Both the position numbers and the translations under genes were made by a program. A stretch of DNA of 64,000 nt from the NCBI RefSeq assembly GCF_000737315.1, contig NZ_JMCB01000012.1, positions 62,001 to 126,000 of the forward strand, in the 5' to 3' direction. Shown in pieces: positions 10,562 to 21,395 of the stretch. The notes under the pieces were generated by a model. The model was not told the DNA's origin. It was given only the letters and a program-made list of their open reading frames with translations, and ran no database searches. Origin of the DNA: Hyalangium minutum. GTDB lineage: Bacteria > Myxococcota > Myxococcia > Myxococcales > Myxococcaceae. Each line of letters starts with the position of its first letter. Position 1 is the stretch's first letter.

Positions 10562-11334
10562 GCCAGTCCCTGCGTGTCCTGATTGCCGACGACGAGCTGC
10601 TGGCGCGCAAGCGCCTGGCGCGGCTGCTGAGCGCAATGCCGGAAGTGAAAGTGTGCGGCGAGGCCGCGGACGGCGAGGCGGTGCTCGCGGCAGCCCGAGC
10701 AGGAGGATTGGACGTCATCCTGCTGGACATCCACATGCCGGGGCTGAGTGGACTGGATGCGCTGTCGCTGCTGCCCGAGGACGGGCCGGGCGTCATCCTG
10801 TGTACGGCCCACGCCGAGCACGCAGTGGATGCGTTCGAGTACGGAGCGGTGGACTACGTGCTGAAGCCGGTGGAGGCCGCGCGCCTACAGAAGGCGCTGG
10901 AGCGGGCTCGGGCGAGGATGAGCCCCAAGGAAGGCGCGCAGGAGCCTACTCGGGGACAGGCCACGGGCTCCAAAGGGCTGGCGCGGCTGCCCATCCCAAC
11001 GCGGCAGGGAATCGTGCTGGTAGATCCGGAGACGATCTCACACGCGACGCTGGAGGGCGAGCTGGTGACAGTGTTCACCACACAGGGCGAGTTCCTCACC
11101 GATTTCACGTTGAACGAGTTGGCCGACAAGCTGCCGGTGGAAGGCTTCCAGCGAGTGCATCGGCGCGCACTGCTGAACCTGGCGCACGTGACGCGGCTGG
11201 AGCCCCTTGAGACCGGGGGCTACATCGCGAAAACCGCGAAGGGGCACTCGGTGGAGGTCAGCCGCCAGTCTGCCCGGGAGCTCCGCCGGATGCTGGGACT
11301 GCGCAAAGGCACCGACGAAGACTCGGGCGCCTGA
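10558..11334 (+). CDS. LytTR-family response regulator
   Basis: REC domain (IADDE, LLDIHMP, FEYGAVDYVLKP) plus LytTR domain (FQRVHRRALLNL, VEVSRQ); GTGA overlap with the kinase. Confidence 0.95.
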   Translation: MSQSLRVLIADDELLARKRLARLLSAMPEVKVCGEAADGEAVLAAARAGGLDVILLDIHMPGLSGLDALSLLPEDGPGVILCTAHAEHAVDAFEYGAVDYVLKPVEAARLQKALERARARMSPKEGAQEPTRGQATGSKGLARLPIPTRQGIVLVDPETISHATLEGELVTVFTTQGEFLTDFTLNELADKLPVEGFQRVHRRALLNLAHVTRLEPLETGGYIAKTAKGHSVEVSRQSARELRRMLGLRKGTDEDSGA

Positions 11335-11345
11335 AGGCCATCCCG

Positions 11346-14300
11346 TCACTCAGGCCATTTCTGGGCAGCTTCGTGCACCCATGCGCGGATCTCCTCCGCC
11401 CCAAGCGGCAGATCATCTTTCCACAGCCGCACGGTGCCATCTATTCCGGTGGATACGAGATAGCGCCCATCAGGCGAAAAAGCTACGCGAGTGACATCTC
11501 CTTCATGGCCCAGCAGGACCCTGGCCTTGCCGCTCTGCAAGTCCCATAAATGTATAGATCCATCTACGTCGCCAGTTGCCAAGCGCTGGCCATCTGGCGA
11601 GAGGGCCATGTCGAATATGGGATCGAAGCCCTCCGTGAGGTAACCTAAGTGTTTGCGCGTCTCCACATCCCATCGCATGAGCACGCTAAACGGCCCACCG
11701 GTAAACAACTGCTTTCCATCGGCAGAGAACAGCAGTGTGCCTGTAGAAAGCGACTCCAACAGTTCCCCCTCTTTCCCATCGAGTGGTTGCAACCAAGTGC
11801 CTTCTGAACCACCCGCTGCAAGAAAGTGACTGTCGGGAGAGAAGGCGCTGGCCGACAATTCCCCCCGATGGCGATGAACCGTGCGTCCTACCCCATTGGT
11901 CAGTTCCCACAACCGCAATTCGCCGTCTGCACTTCCCGAGGCGAGATAGTGCCCATCTGGAGAAAAGGAGAGCGTGAAAACGCGTTCTTCATGGCGCCCT
12001 AAAACACGGCTCTTGCCAGAAGATACATCCCACAACCAGACTCCACCTGAGGCATCGCCCCCTGCTATCCGAGTACCGCCAGCACTCAGCGCTAGCACGC
12101 CGATAGGCTGATCCGAGGAACGGAAGCGCTGTAGCAACTGGCCTGACTCGTTCCACAAGGCAACTGTGCCATCAACTCCAGCTGTGACCAACCGAGAGCC
12201 GTCCGAAAGAGCATAAGCCGCTGTCATTCCGCCCTCATGGGCACTCGTCTCCACAATGGAATCACCCCTCACGTTGGAGAGACGCACCTTGTTGCCGTTG
12301 TTCCAGGTATCGAGCAAGTGGCTACCACCCTGAGTCCACGCCAGAGTCGTGACAGTCCCAAGCAATCTCTCGTTCAATTCAGAGTTTTTTGTAAATTCTC
12401 GCGATTTCGGTGCCGTAGGCATGGAGGTTCTGTCGTGTCGCACAATGATGCGGGGAAATGGATCACTCTCTTTTAAGCGATAAAGACGGACGTTGACACG
12501 TTCTGCAACAGCCAGCCACTCTCCATTGGGAGAGAACGCCGCTGAAAAAATGAACTCACTTGTCTTTGACAGGAGGCGGGATGTTCCTGTGGCGAGTTCA
12601 AACAACAGCAACCGTGCACTGCCAGTCTGCGCCTCCCCTATTACCAACCACTGACCATCCGGCGAGAATAAAGCGAGTGGAGTTTGCGCAGGATCCCAGT
12701 CCCTTGTACTGATGATGTCCCGAGAAGCACCAGTCTCCAGATCATGAAGTTTAATACCTCCGCCATTGCAGTCGCGACTCCCGTATGCGAGCCACCGCCC
12801 GTCTGGCGAGAGGGCAATGGAGTGCAACCAATCCTGGCCAGTTTTTAGCGTGTGCTTCCGCCCATCCACATGGTCCCACAGGAAGATCTCCCCCTGACGT
12901 ATCCCAATAGCCAAGGACCCCACTTGTGATGCAACCCCAACTGCACGGACTCGTTGAACCCCCTCACAGAGTTGCTGGCTCGACCCCTCTTTGAGTTCCC
13001 AGAGTTTAGCGACATTGTCCTCTTTCCCAACTGAGACCCCCTGCTCCCCGCCGGGGAGGAGGTGGAACTGACGAATCCCTCCTAAGTGGGACCCCACGAG
13101 TCGGCTCACCCCCGACGCTACGTCCCACCATCGGATCTGCCCATCCAACGCTGCCGAAATGAGACCGCGACCATTGGGCAAAAACGCTAGGCCTGTCACG
13201 CCCAAGGTATGGCCCGTCAGGTCGCGGGAGGCCCCTGTGTCTATCTCCCTCAGTTTGATGGGGCCATACCTGCTGCTTGTGGCTATGTACTTTCCATCCG
13301 GCGAAAAGACGCCGATCCCAGCTTGCGAGTCATGGGTTGCCACCACACGGCTTGTACCTGCTTGGATGTCCCACAACCGGGCTGTTCGGTCATCATTAGT
13401 TGTGAGTAGCCAGCGACCATCTGGTGAGAACCGGAGAGCACGAATGGATTGTGTATGACCTTTCAATTGTGTAGCCATTCCCAACGAGACAGCATCCGCA
13501 GCCAACGTGCGGACCTGCCCCCACTGAGCAAAAGAGGGCGCCAGCGAGTCCAGCAATTTGAGAACCCGCTCGGGCGAGTGCGCCAATGAGTTACGTGCCT
13601 CGATAATGGTGAGTTCGTCTGCGCGCTGGGTGGCTTTACGCTCAGCCTCCTCAGCAGCCACCTGCTTCTCTTCTGCCCGGTCACGCTCGTGACGGACGCG
13701 CTGGTAGTCGAACACTGCACCCGCCACGAGAGCCGCCAGCGCTACGACTGCGACTCGAAGCGGTGCTTGATATTGCCGGGCGAAGCGCCGCATCCGCTGC
13801 CACACCGAGTACTGGTGTGAGCCCACCAACTGTCCAGACGTGAAGCGCCTGAGGTCTTCGGCGAACTCCCGGGCGCTCGGGTAGCGATGCTCGGGTTCAC
13901 GCTTCATGGCGCGTGAGACAATGGTGAGCAGTTCCTCGGGAACCTGCGGCTGGAGATGAGCGAGCGGCGTCGGCTCCTCCTTCAGCACTTTCTGGAGCAC
14001 CTCCTGAACGGATTTGCCCTGATAGGGTGACTGGCCAGAAAGCACCTGATAGAGCATGGCGCCCAAGGCGTAGACATCAGCTCGCTCGTCGACGGCCTTG
14101 CCCGCAGCCTGCTCCGGAGGAAGGTAGGCCGGCGTCCCCATCACCGTGCCTTCCTGGGTGTACTCGGATCCAAGCGGCAGAGAGGAACCTGTACTGGACT
14201 CTGGATGACTGGGCTCAATCCGATCAAGTTCCTTGCAGAGCCCCCAGTCCACAACGACCGTCTCGCCGAACTCTCCCACCAGCACATTTGCGGGCTTGAG

Positions 14301-14792
14301 GTCTCTGTGAATGATCCGCTGGCTGTGCGCGTAGGCGATAGCCTCGGCCACCGTTAGCACATGTGGCAAGGCGGCCAAACGTTCAGCCAGTGTGTGCAAT
14401 GATTCGATGAACCGCGCCAGGGAGCGACCAGCAACGAGCTTCATGGCGTAAAAGGGCTCGCCGCTCGGCCAGCGCCCAGCTTCATAGACAGGGACGATGG
14501 CCGGGTGCTGCAGACGGGCCGTAATCCGCGCCTCGCGCACGAAGCGCGTCTCAAGTTCGCCGCCAGACTTGCGCAGTTCCTTCAGCGCAACGATTCGCTC
14601 AAGTTGGAGATCCTTCGCTCGAATGATTCGGCCCTGTCCCCCCTCTGCAACGACACCATACAGCAGATAGCGTTCACGATTCGCAACCTGCAGGTCCTGT
14701 GCGGTCCCCTCAGCGTTCGAACCGGAGACGGTGAGGGTTGGAGTGTCTTTCCCAGGCGGAGGAGGTGGAGCGGGCGGACTGTTCTCTTCCAT
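11346..14792 (-). CDS. Ser/Thr kinase with coiled coil and many WD40 repeats (lower GC)
   Basis: HRDLKPANVL, DWG, GTPAYLPPEQ; repeated GH...FSPDG...WD units; start trimmed to ATG 14792. Confidence 0.93.
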   Translation of the reverse strand: MEENSPPAPPPPPGKDTPTLTVSGSNAEGTAQDLQVANRERYLLYGVVAEGGQGRIIRAKDLQLERIVALKELRKSGGELETRFVREARITARLQHPAIVPVYEAGRWPSGEPFYAMKLVAGRSLARFIESLHTLAERLAALPHVLTVAEAIAYAHSQRIIHRDLKPANVLVGEFGETVVVDWGLCKELDRIEPSHPESSTGSSLPLGSEYTQEGTVMGTPAYLPPEQAAGKAVDERADVYALGAMLYQVLSGQSPYQGKSVQEVLQKVLKEEPTPLAHLQPQVPEELLTIVSRAMKREPEHRYPSAREFAEDLRRFTSGQLVGSHQYSVWQRMRRFARQYQAPLRVAVVALAALVAGAVFDYQRVRHERDRAEEKQVAAEEAERKATQRADELTIIEARNSLAHSPERVLKLLDSLAPSFAQWGQVRTLAADAVSLGMATQLKGHTQSIRALRFSPDGRWLLTTNDDRTARLWDIQAGTSRVVATHDSQAGIGVFSPDGKYIATSSRYGPIKLREIDTGASRDLTGHTLGVTGLAFLPNGRGLISAALDGQIRWWDVASGVSRLVGSHLGGIRQFHLLPGGEQGVSVGKEDNVAKLWELKEGSSQQLCEGVQRVRAVGVASQVGSLAIGIRQGEIFLWDHVDGRKHTLKTGQDWLHSIALSPDGRWLAYGSRDCNGGGIKLHDLETGASRDIISTRDWDPAQTPLALFSPDGQWLVIGEAQTGSARLLLFELATGTSRLLSKTSEFIFSAAFSPNGEWLAVAERVNVRLYRLKESDPFPRIIVRHDRTSMPTAPKSREFTKNSELNERLLGTVTTLAWTQGGSHLLDTWNNGNKVRLSNVRGDSIVETSAHEGGMTAAYALSDGSRLVTAGVDGTVALWNESGQLLQRFRSSDQPIGVLALSAGGTRIAGGDASGGVWLWDVSSGKSRVLGRHEERVFTLSFSPDGHYLASGSADGELRLWELTNGVGRTVHRHRGELSASAFSPDSHFLAAGGSEGTWLQPLDGKEGELLESLSTGTLLFSADGKQLFTGGPFSVLMRWDVETRKHLGYLTEGFDPIFDMALSPDGQRLATGDVDGSIHLWDLQSGKARVLLGHEGDVTRVAFSPDGRYLVSTGIDGTVRLWKDDLPLGAEEIRAWVHEAAQKWPE

Positions 14793-14862
14793 AGGCAAAG
14801 CGCACGGTACTGCACATATGCCTTTGAAAGCGAAGCGACTAGGCAGGTAGGAGCCCGGCTCC

Positions 14863-16347
14863 TCAGTCAAGTGGCCATTCGTGCACGGGGGCTCCGGACT
14901 CGGCGTGCTGGCGGTAGCGCTCCAGAAGCGCGGCGAGCGCGTCTGCCTTGGGCATCTGTTTCTCCAGCTTCGCGAGCACCTGGCGCTGCCAACTCGCTCC
15001 CGTGCGCCGTGCCGCCACGCGGGCCTGGATGATGCCTAGCATCGCGTCGGCCTCCTCGGCGTCCACGCCTCCCTCCACCAGCCCGCGCCGCGCCACCGGT
15101 AACAGCCTCGGAACCAACTCGGCGACGGGCACTGGCCGAGGCGAGGGCGCCGACTCCGAAGGCCACAGCAGCGTCGCTTCCATGCCCTGCTTCGCCGCCC
15201 GGAGGAAGTTCCCCCGTGCGGAATCGAAAGGCATCGCCGGCAGCATCGCGTCCATCTGGTTCGCCAGCCCCAACGTCAGCCCCAGCAGGAACGCCCCGTT
15301 GGCCACCATGTCCACCACCGTGGGGCCCGCAGGCAGCGCGCGGAACTCGATGCGCAGGTGCCCCCCGCACTTCGGGTCGTAGATGGCTCGGTTCCAACTC
15401 CACACAGTGCTCTGATGGAGACGCAGCTCATCCAGCCCCGGGAGTTCCCCCCGCGACAGGCACTCCAGTGGGGACTTCGCGCCCACCACCGGCAACAGGG
15501 GCGCGTACAGTGCCACCACCTCCGAAAACAGCTCCAGCGCCCCCTCGCGCGCCCAGCCATGGCCGAACGTCACCCGCGCGTGAGAAGAGCCCGGCTCCGT
15601 CGGCTCGCCCCGGTCGTCCACGGCCTGCCGGAACAGCGCCACCCGTGTTTCCTCCCACAACCTCCGGCCCAGGAAGAACGGCGAGTTGGTCGATACCGCC
15701 AGCACCGGCGCCGTCGCGAGTTGCGCCGCGTTGTACATCCGCGCGAACTCCGCAGGCTCCACTCGCAGGTGGAACTGCAGCGACGTGTTCGCCCCCTCCA
15801 GCGTCACGTCGTCCCAGGTAAGCGACAGCGTGTCCTCGCCCGAGATGGCTACCTGGAAGGGAGTTTCCCGCCTCCGCCGGATGGCCGCTGAGAGCGCCCG
15901 GTACCGCGGCATGCCCGTCAGCGCTCCACTGCCCAGGTCCGCCTCCCGCAGCGTGGGAAGAATCCCCGTGACGACCACGTGCGCGCCCTGGGTGGCGGCG
16001 GCGCGGCGGACCTCGCGCAGGGTGTCCTCGAACTCCTCGCGCAGCGCCGTGAACGGCCGACCCGCCAACGGTGAGGGCCGCAGGTTGGTCTCCAGGTTGA
16101 AGCGGTCGATCTCCAGCGTCACGCGGGGGTCCATCGTCTGCCCCAGCACCTGGCGGTTCACCGGCAAGGGGAAGCCCGCCGAATCCACCAAGAACAGCTC
16201 CAGCTCCGCCCCCACCGTGCGCGGACCGACCCCAAAGTCCGGGCGGCTCAGCAGCCGCCGCAACGCCTCCACGTTCTCGAGCAGCCGCTGGGAGAAGCGC
16301 CGGTAGTCCTCGGGGGCGAATTCCTCGCGTTCAATGGCCAGACCCAT
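14863..16347 (-). CDS. Glutamate-cysteine ligase family 2 (GCS2) / carboxylate-amine ligase
   Basis: VGAELEL, EIDRFNLE, SLQFHL, RIEFRALPAGP; substrate not determinable. Confidence 0.82.
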   Translation of the reverse strand: MGLAIEREEFAPEDYRRFSQRLLENVEALRRLLSRPDFGVGPRTVGAELELFLVDSAGFPLPVNRQVLGQTMDPRVTLEIDRFNLETNLRPSPLAGRPFTALREEFEDTLREVRRAAATQGAHVVVTGILPTLREADLGSGALTGMPRYRALSAAIRRRRETPFQVAISGEDTLSLTWDDVTLEGANTSLQFHLRVEPAEFARMYNAAQLATAPVLAVSTNSPFFLGRRLWEETRVALFRQAVDDRGEPTEPGSSHARVTFGHGWAREGALELFSEVVALYAPLLPVVGAKSPLECLSRGELPGLDELRLHQSTVWSWNRAIYDPKCGGHLRIEFRALPAGPTVVDMVANGAFLLGLTLGLANQMDAMLPAMPFDSARGNFLRAAKQGMEATLLWPSESAPSPRPVPVAELVPRLLPVARRGLVEGGVDAEEADAMLGIIQARVAARRTGASWQRQVLAKLEKQMPKADALAALLERYRQHAESGAPVHEWPLD

Positions 16348-16473
16348 ACGGAAGACATGGGCATGCCCCCATTCCCCGGCAGGCTGCCCGCCGCAGCCCG
16401 CGCATGGCCGCCTGCTCTAGTGGCAAGCAACACTTGACCGGCCGCCTGCCCCCATGCCAGTCCAGCCTCTGCA

Positions 16474-16854
16474 ATGAGCCTGCTGACTGCCCTCACCCGG
16501 AACGTCGCCGAGACCTCGCCCAACGCCGAGGACCCTCGCCTGCGCACCCGCCTCTACTCCCTGTCCCGAGAGACGGTGTGGAACAGCGTCCAGCAGGTCG
16601 CTGCGCTGCAGCCGGGTTGGACGGTCACCAAGCGGGATCCGGTCGAGGGAACGCTCGAGGCCGAGGCGCGCACCCGACTCCTCAAGCTCGTGGAAGACGT
16701 CACCATCCGCGTGCGGCCGGCCAGCGGCCAGCGCGTCTCCGTAGACGTCCTCTCCCGCTCCCGCGTCGGTAAAGGGGACTTTGGCACCAACGCCCGGAGA
16801 ATCCACCGGTACCTCGAAGCCTTGGACGGCACCCTGGCCCCCTCGAGGACCTGA
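16474..16854 (+). CDS. DUF1499-like protein
   Basis: AEARTRLLKLVEDVTIRV...VDVLSRSRVGKGDFGTNARRI. Confidence 0.8.
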   Translation: MSLLTALTRNVAETSPNAEDPRLRTRLYSLSRETVWNSVQQVAALQPGWTVTKRDPVEGTLEAEARTRLLKLVEDVTIRVRPASGQRVSVDVLSRSRVGKGDFGTNARRIHRYLEALDGTLAPSRT

Positions 16855-16931
16855 CGCCTCCGTCAGCCCGGCTCCGGGGCGGCCGTCCCCGAGCAATTCC
16901 TCCTCCTGCTGTGTTATCGCTCGACGACACC

Positions 16932-18035
<1,104 letters not shown>

Positions 18036-18089
18036 GTGTGGGAGGGCGGACCCGGTTAAGGTCCGTACCGCTCGCCTCGGAGGACCTCC

Positions 18090-18953
18090 ATGCCTGCAGC
18101 CTCGCCTCTCCCCGCCGCCGCCGCCGGTACGTTCCGGCTCGGTGACATGACCGTCAACCGCATGGGCTTCGGCGCCATGCGCATCACTGGCCAGGGCGTC
18201 TGGGGCGAGCCCAAGGACGTCGAAGGCTGCAAGCGCCTCCTGCGCCGCGTGGTGGAACTGGGCATCAACCTCATCGACACCGCCGCCTCATACGGGCCGG
18301 ACGTGTCCGAGCGCCTCATTGGCGAGACGCTCCACCCGTACGCCAACGGCCTCGTCATCGCCACCAAGGGCGGCCTCACCCGCAGCGGCCCGGGCGGCTG
18401 GCACGCCCACTGCTCTCCCGAGGAGCTCACGAGAGACCTCGAAGGCAGCCTGCGCAAGCTGCGCGTGGAGCGCATTGACTTGTACCAGCTGCACACAGTG
18501 GATCCGAAGGTGCCCTTCGAGGACTCCGTGGGCACGCTCGCGCGCCTGCGCGAGCAGGGGAAGATTCGCCACGTGGGCCTGTCCAACGTCTCCGTGGAGC
18601 AACTGCGCAAGGCGCGGAAGATCGTTCCCATCGTCTCGGTGCAGAACCGCTACAACCTCTCGGATCGCTACAGCGAGGACGTGCTCATCGAGTGCGAGAA
18701 GGAGGGCATCGGCTTCCTGCCATGGTACCCGCTCGCCGCGAGTTCCCTGGCCACCGAGGCCAGCCCGCTCGCGCAGGCCGCGAAGCGGCACAACGTCACT
18801 CCGGGGCAGCTCGCACTCGCGTGGCTGCTGCACCGCTCGCCGGTCATGCTGCCCATCCCCGGCACCTCCTCCATCGCCCACCTGGAGGAGAACACCGCGG
18901 CCGCGGCCGTGAAGCTCTCGCCCGACGAGGTCCGCCAGTTGGGCGGCCGGTGA
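18090..18953 (+). CDS. Aldo/keto reductase
   Basis: MGFGAM, IDTAASYG, VIATKGG, IDLYQLH, GLSNV, SVQNRYN, PIPGTSS. Confidence 0.95.
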   Translation: MPAASPLPAAAAGTFRLGDMTVNRMGFGAMRITGQGVWGEPKDVEGCKRLLRRVVELGINLIDTAASYGPDVSERLIGETLHPYANGLVIATKGGLTRSGPGGWHAHCSPEELTRDLEGSLRKLRVERIDLYQLHTVDPKVPFEDSVGTLARLREQGKIRHVGLSNVSVEQLRKARKIVPIVSVQNRYNLSDRYSEDVLIECEKEGIGFLPWYPLAASSLATEASPLAQAAKRHNVTPGQLALAWLLHRSPVMLPIPGTSSIAHLEENTAAAAVKLSPDEVRQLGGR

Positions 18954-18986
18954 GCGCGGGAGGAACTCTGGCAGGCCACCGCCAGT

Positions 18987-19613
18987 TCAAGGCTGCGGTG
19001 GAGCTACCCCACCGTCCCCCTCCGGCACCTCGCTGAGGTCTACCTCTGGGAGCTTCCTCAAGATCGAGAACGCGGGATCATCCATCAGGTGCCGGAGTCC
19101 TTCCGGCACTCCGCCATCTGTTTCGGGCACCGGGGGGCGCACGGCACGAATGGGCACGCTCGCAATCAGCGCTCCATCGAATGAAGAGACCAGGAGCTGA
19201 GCGTCAATGCACTCCGGTCCGATTCCAGTGAAGTATTCGCTGAACAAGGTGAAGCGAACGGTCCGCCCATACCAGTCACCCGGGCTGAGAATCAAAAGGT
19301 CATCTGGGCCGGGTTTGGCTCCGAATGAGTCCATGATCATCCGGGCGTGCGGCCGCCTTGCACAATCCGCCACGCCCTGGATGTCGGGAGCGAACCGTTT
19401 GTTCAGACGGAGGACCTTCTCCTCAGGACTGACAAGAACCCTCCCTGAGAGGGTAAACCCGTCATATTGAACATCCTGGAACTCGACTTTGACGCGTGGC
19501 GGGACTTCTGCGGCATCTGCTCCCGGCGTTGCCTCATCCTGGGTCCAGAAGGGAATGCAGCCACACGCTGCAACCAAGACCAACCCCACAGCTCCGAGTC
19601 TCCTCTGGCTCAT
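18987..19613 (-). CDS. Hypothetical lipoprotein (lower GC)
   Basis: MSQRRLGAVGLVLVAACGC signal/lipobox; no recognised domain. Confidence 0.75.
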   Translation of the reverse strand: MSQRRLGAVGLVLVAACGCIPFWTQDEATPGADAAEVPPRVKVEFQDVQYDGFTLSGRVLVSPEEKVLRLNKRFAPDIQGVADCARRPHARMIMDSFGAKPGPDDLLILSPGDWYGRTVRFTLFSEYFTGIGPECIDAQLLVSSFDGALIASVPIRAVRPPVPETDGGVPEGLRHLMDDPAFSILRKLPEVDLSEVPEGDGGVAPPQP

Positions 19614-19876
19614 CGGTAAGACGACCTCTCGCCCTTCTCATCCACACAGGCACATTCGGGAATGGGTATCTCTGGGGCATCGTTTCCCGGAACGTTGTGA
19701 CCTTGCTTATGGTTCCACCCACAAGAGTGCGCAACCTCGTGGATGACGGCCTTCACGACGCATGAATGAGAGGCGGGCTCTTCGCACCAATGGGTCTCTT
19801 GCACGGGAAAAAACGAATGGAGCGTCCCGTAGTAGGAGACCACCGTAAACGCGCAGGAGCTGTGCGAGAGACACAC
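19610..19876 (-). pseudogene. Probable 5'-truncated Cys-rich HExxH zinc-peptidase fragment
   Basis: VKAVIHEVAHSCGWNH. In-frame TGA immediately upstream (19882-19880) and no clear RBS or start; its stop overlaps the lipoprotein ATG (ATGA). Confidence 0.5.
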
Positions 19877-19950
19877 CCTTCAGCGCCCAACGCTCATGCA
19901 TGCACTGATTCTACCTCCACCCATGTGCCGACAGGCCACACCGTTGAGGC

Positions 19951-20685
19951 TCAGGATAGGCCTCCCCTCACCCTCAGCTCCCGTTCGAACACGGGGAGGT
20001 GGCTCGCGGCCTCGCTCACCAGACCGAGGAACGCCCGTGCCGCGTCCGTGAGCGGGATGCCCATCGTCCTCAGCGTACGCCGGTGATCCACCAGCACCAC
20101 GGTCATCGCCGCCAGCGCAATGCTCCACCACGCCACCTGCCACACCGCGCGCATCGGCGCGCCCCACCCCTGCCGCGCGAAGAACTCGCCGTGGAAGTCC
20201 AGGTGGTGCTGCTCGTCCTCGCAGATCTGCTCCAGCCCTCCGCGCAGTCCACCCTCGGGCAGCCGCGAGGCCAGCAGTCCATAGAAGGAGCCGCCCACCA
20301 CCTCCGCCGCCAGCAGCACCAGCATCTTCAGCCGCAAGCCCAGCAGCCTCCGCCCGAAGACGAAGAGGCGCTCGGTCCAGTTGCGCGCCAGCAACTTGCC
20401 GCCCAGGCCTCGCACCATCAGCCCGAGGATGCGTGCATGTCGCCCTTCCTCCGCCACGAAGAGCTTGAGCGCCGCGCGGTAGTCCGCGTCGATGCCGGGC
20501 ACCTTTGCCCGGTCGATCTCATGCGCGATGCGTCCCTCTCCCGCCTCGCCGAGTTGGAACGTCGCCAGGGACGCCACCAGCGCGGAGCGCCACGCCTCAG
20601 GCACCTCCTCCGCTCGCTCCAGCCCCTCGGGCAGGGGCCGCTGCCGGTTCAGCTCGAAGTGTCTCCGCCAGTCGCTCCACCGCAT
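19951..20685 (-). CDS. Ferritin-like (di-iron) domain protein
   Basis: LGEAGE...EEGRH...AAE...DEQHH carboxylate/His pattern; RBS AGGAGAGG. Confidence 0.82.
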   Translation of the reverse strand: MRWSDWRRHFELNRQRPLPEGLERAEEVPEAWRSALVASLATFQLGEAGEGRIAHEIDRAKVPGIDADYRAALKLFVAEEGRHARILGLMVRGLGGKLLARNWTERLFVFGRRLLGLRLKMLVLLAAEVVGGSFYGLLASRLPEGGLRGGLEQICEDEQHHLDFHGEFFARQGWGAPMRAVWQVAWWSIALAAMTVVLVDHRRTLRTMGIPLTDAARAFLGLVSEAASHLPVFERELRVRGGLS

Positions 20686-20772
20686 GGTCCTCTCCTTCGC
20701 GAGACGCGGGCCGCGTCCCTCACGCGAAAGAGAGATGCCTCATCCCCGAGCACTCAGAGCGAGGACTCGCCC

Positions 20773-20802
20773 GAGCGGTCGCGCCTTGCCTCCAAGCGGT
20801 CG
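20773..20802 (-). promoter_or_regulatory. Second candidate LytTR operator CGACCGCTT-N12-CGACCGCTC
   Basis: On the minus strand: 20802-20794 and 20781-20773, 21-bp period, 88 bp upstream of the ferritin-like gene. Confidence 0.68.
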
Positions 20803-20993
20803 CGCAGCACCTGCGAGCATTCCCCTCGTCAGCGCACTCCTCTGTTCAGTGGCAACGGATGCGGGGGTACTTCCGACACCACACGTCACGATGTTGATCG
20901 TGGACACTCGCGCCAAAGCGCCACGAGGCCTCTTGCGTGAACTCGGCACGTGGGCACATTCTTCGAAGTGGCAACACCGAGGGAGGTGGGGCG

Positions 20994-21380
20994 ATGCAGC
21001 TGGCCATCCATGAGCACGCGACGGTGGAAGAGGCGAGCACGGACCTGCTCGCGAGCATCCTCACGCCCGCCACCTGGCTCTCCATCGAGGAGCAGGCGGC
21101 GGATGCATCCCTGCGTCCGGTACAGAACGCGCTCTACCAGCGCCGGGTCGGCCCGCTGCGCATCTGCGCGTGCGTGGAGGTGTCCACCTCGCTCGAAGTC
21201 TTCCTGCGCATTGCCTTCCGCGCGCCGGGGCTCACTCCGGTGAAGGCCGCCGATCACCTGGAGGCCTTCCTGCGCTCGCGCCTGCCGCTGACGCCCAACT
21301 CCGAGTGGCAGGTGGAGGTGGACGAGCGCCGGTGGATCCACTTCGTGCGGCGCTACGCCGGCACGCGCCTCCAGGCGTGA
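20994..21380 (+). CDS. Hypothetical protein (128 aa)
   Basis: RBS GGGAGG then ATG at 20994; typical codon bias; no recognised motif. Confidence 0.75.
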   Translation: MQLAIHEHATVEEASTDLLASILTPATWLSIEEQAADASLRPVQNALYQRRVGPLRICACVEVSTSLEVFLRIAFRAPGLTPVKAADHLEAFLRSRLPLTPNSEWQVEVDERRWIHFVRRYAGTRLQA

Positions 21381-21395
21381 GAGGCACGGCCGCGC

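Noticed and set aside
16406-16449. GGCCGCCTGC repeated at a 34-bp period
   Set aside because: Short, all-GC-biased word likely by chance; spacing matches no known geometry.
18065-18073. GTACCGCTC as a third LytTR site before the AKR gene (also GGACCGCTC near 32327)
   Set aside because: Single half-sites with no partner at 21 bp; too close to a start codon or inside a gene.
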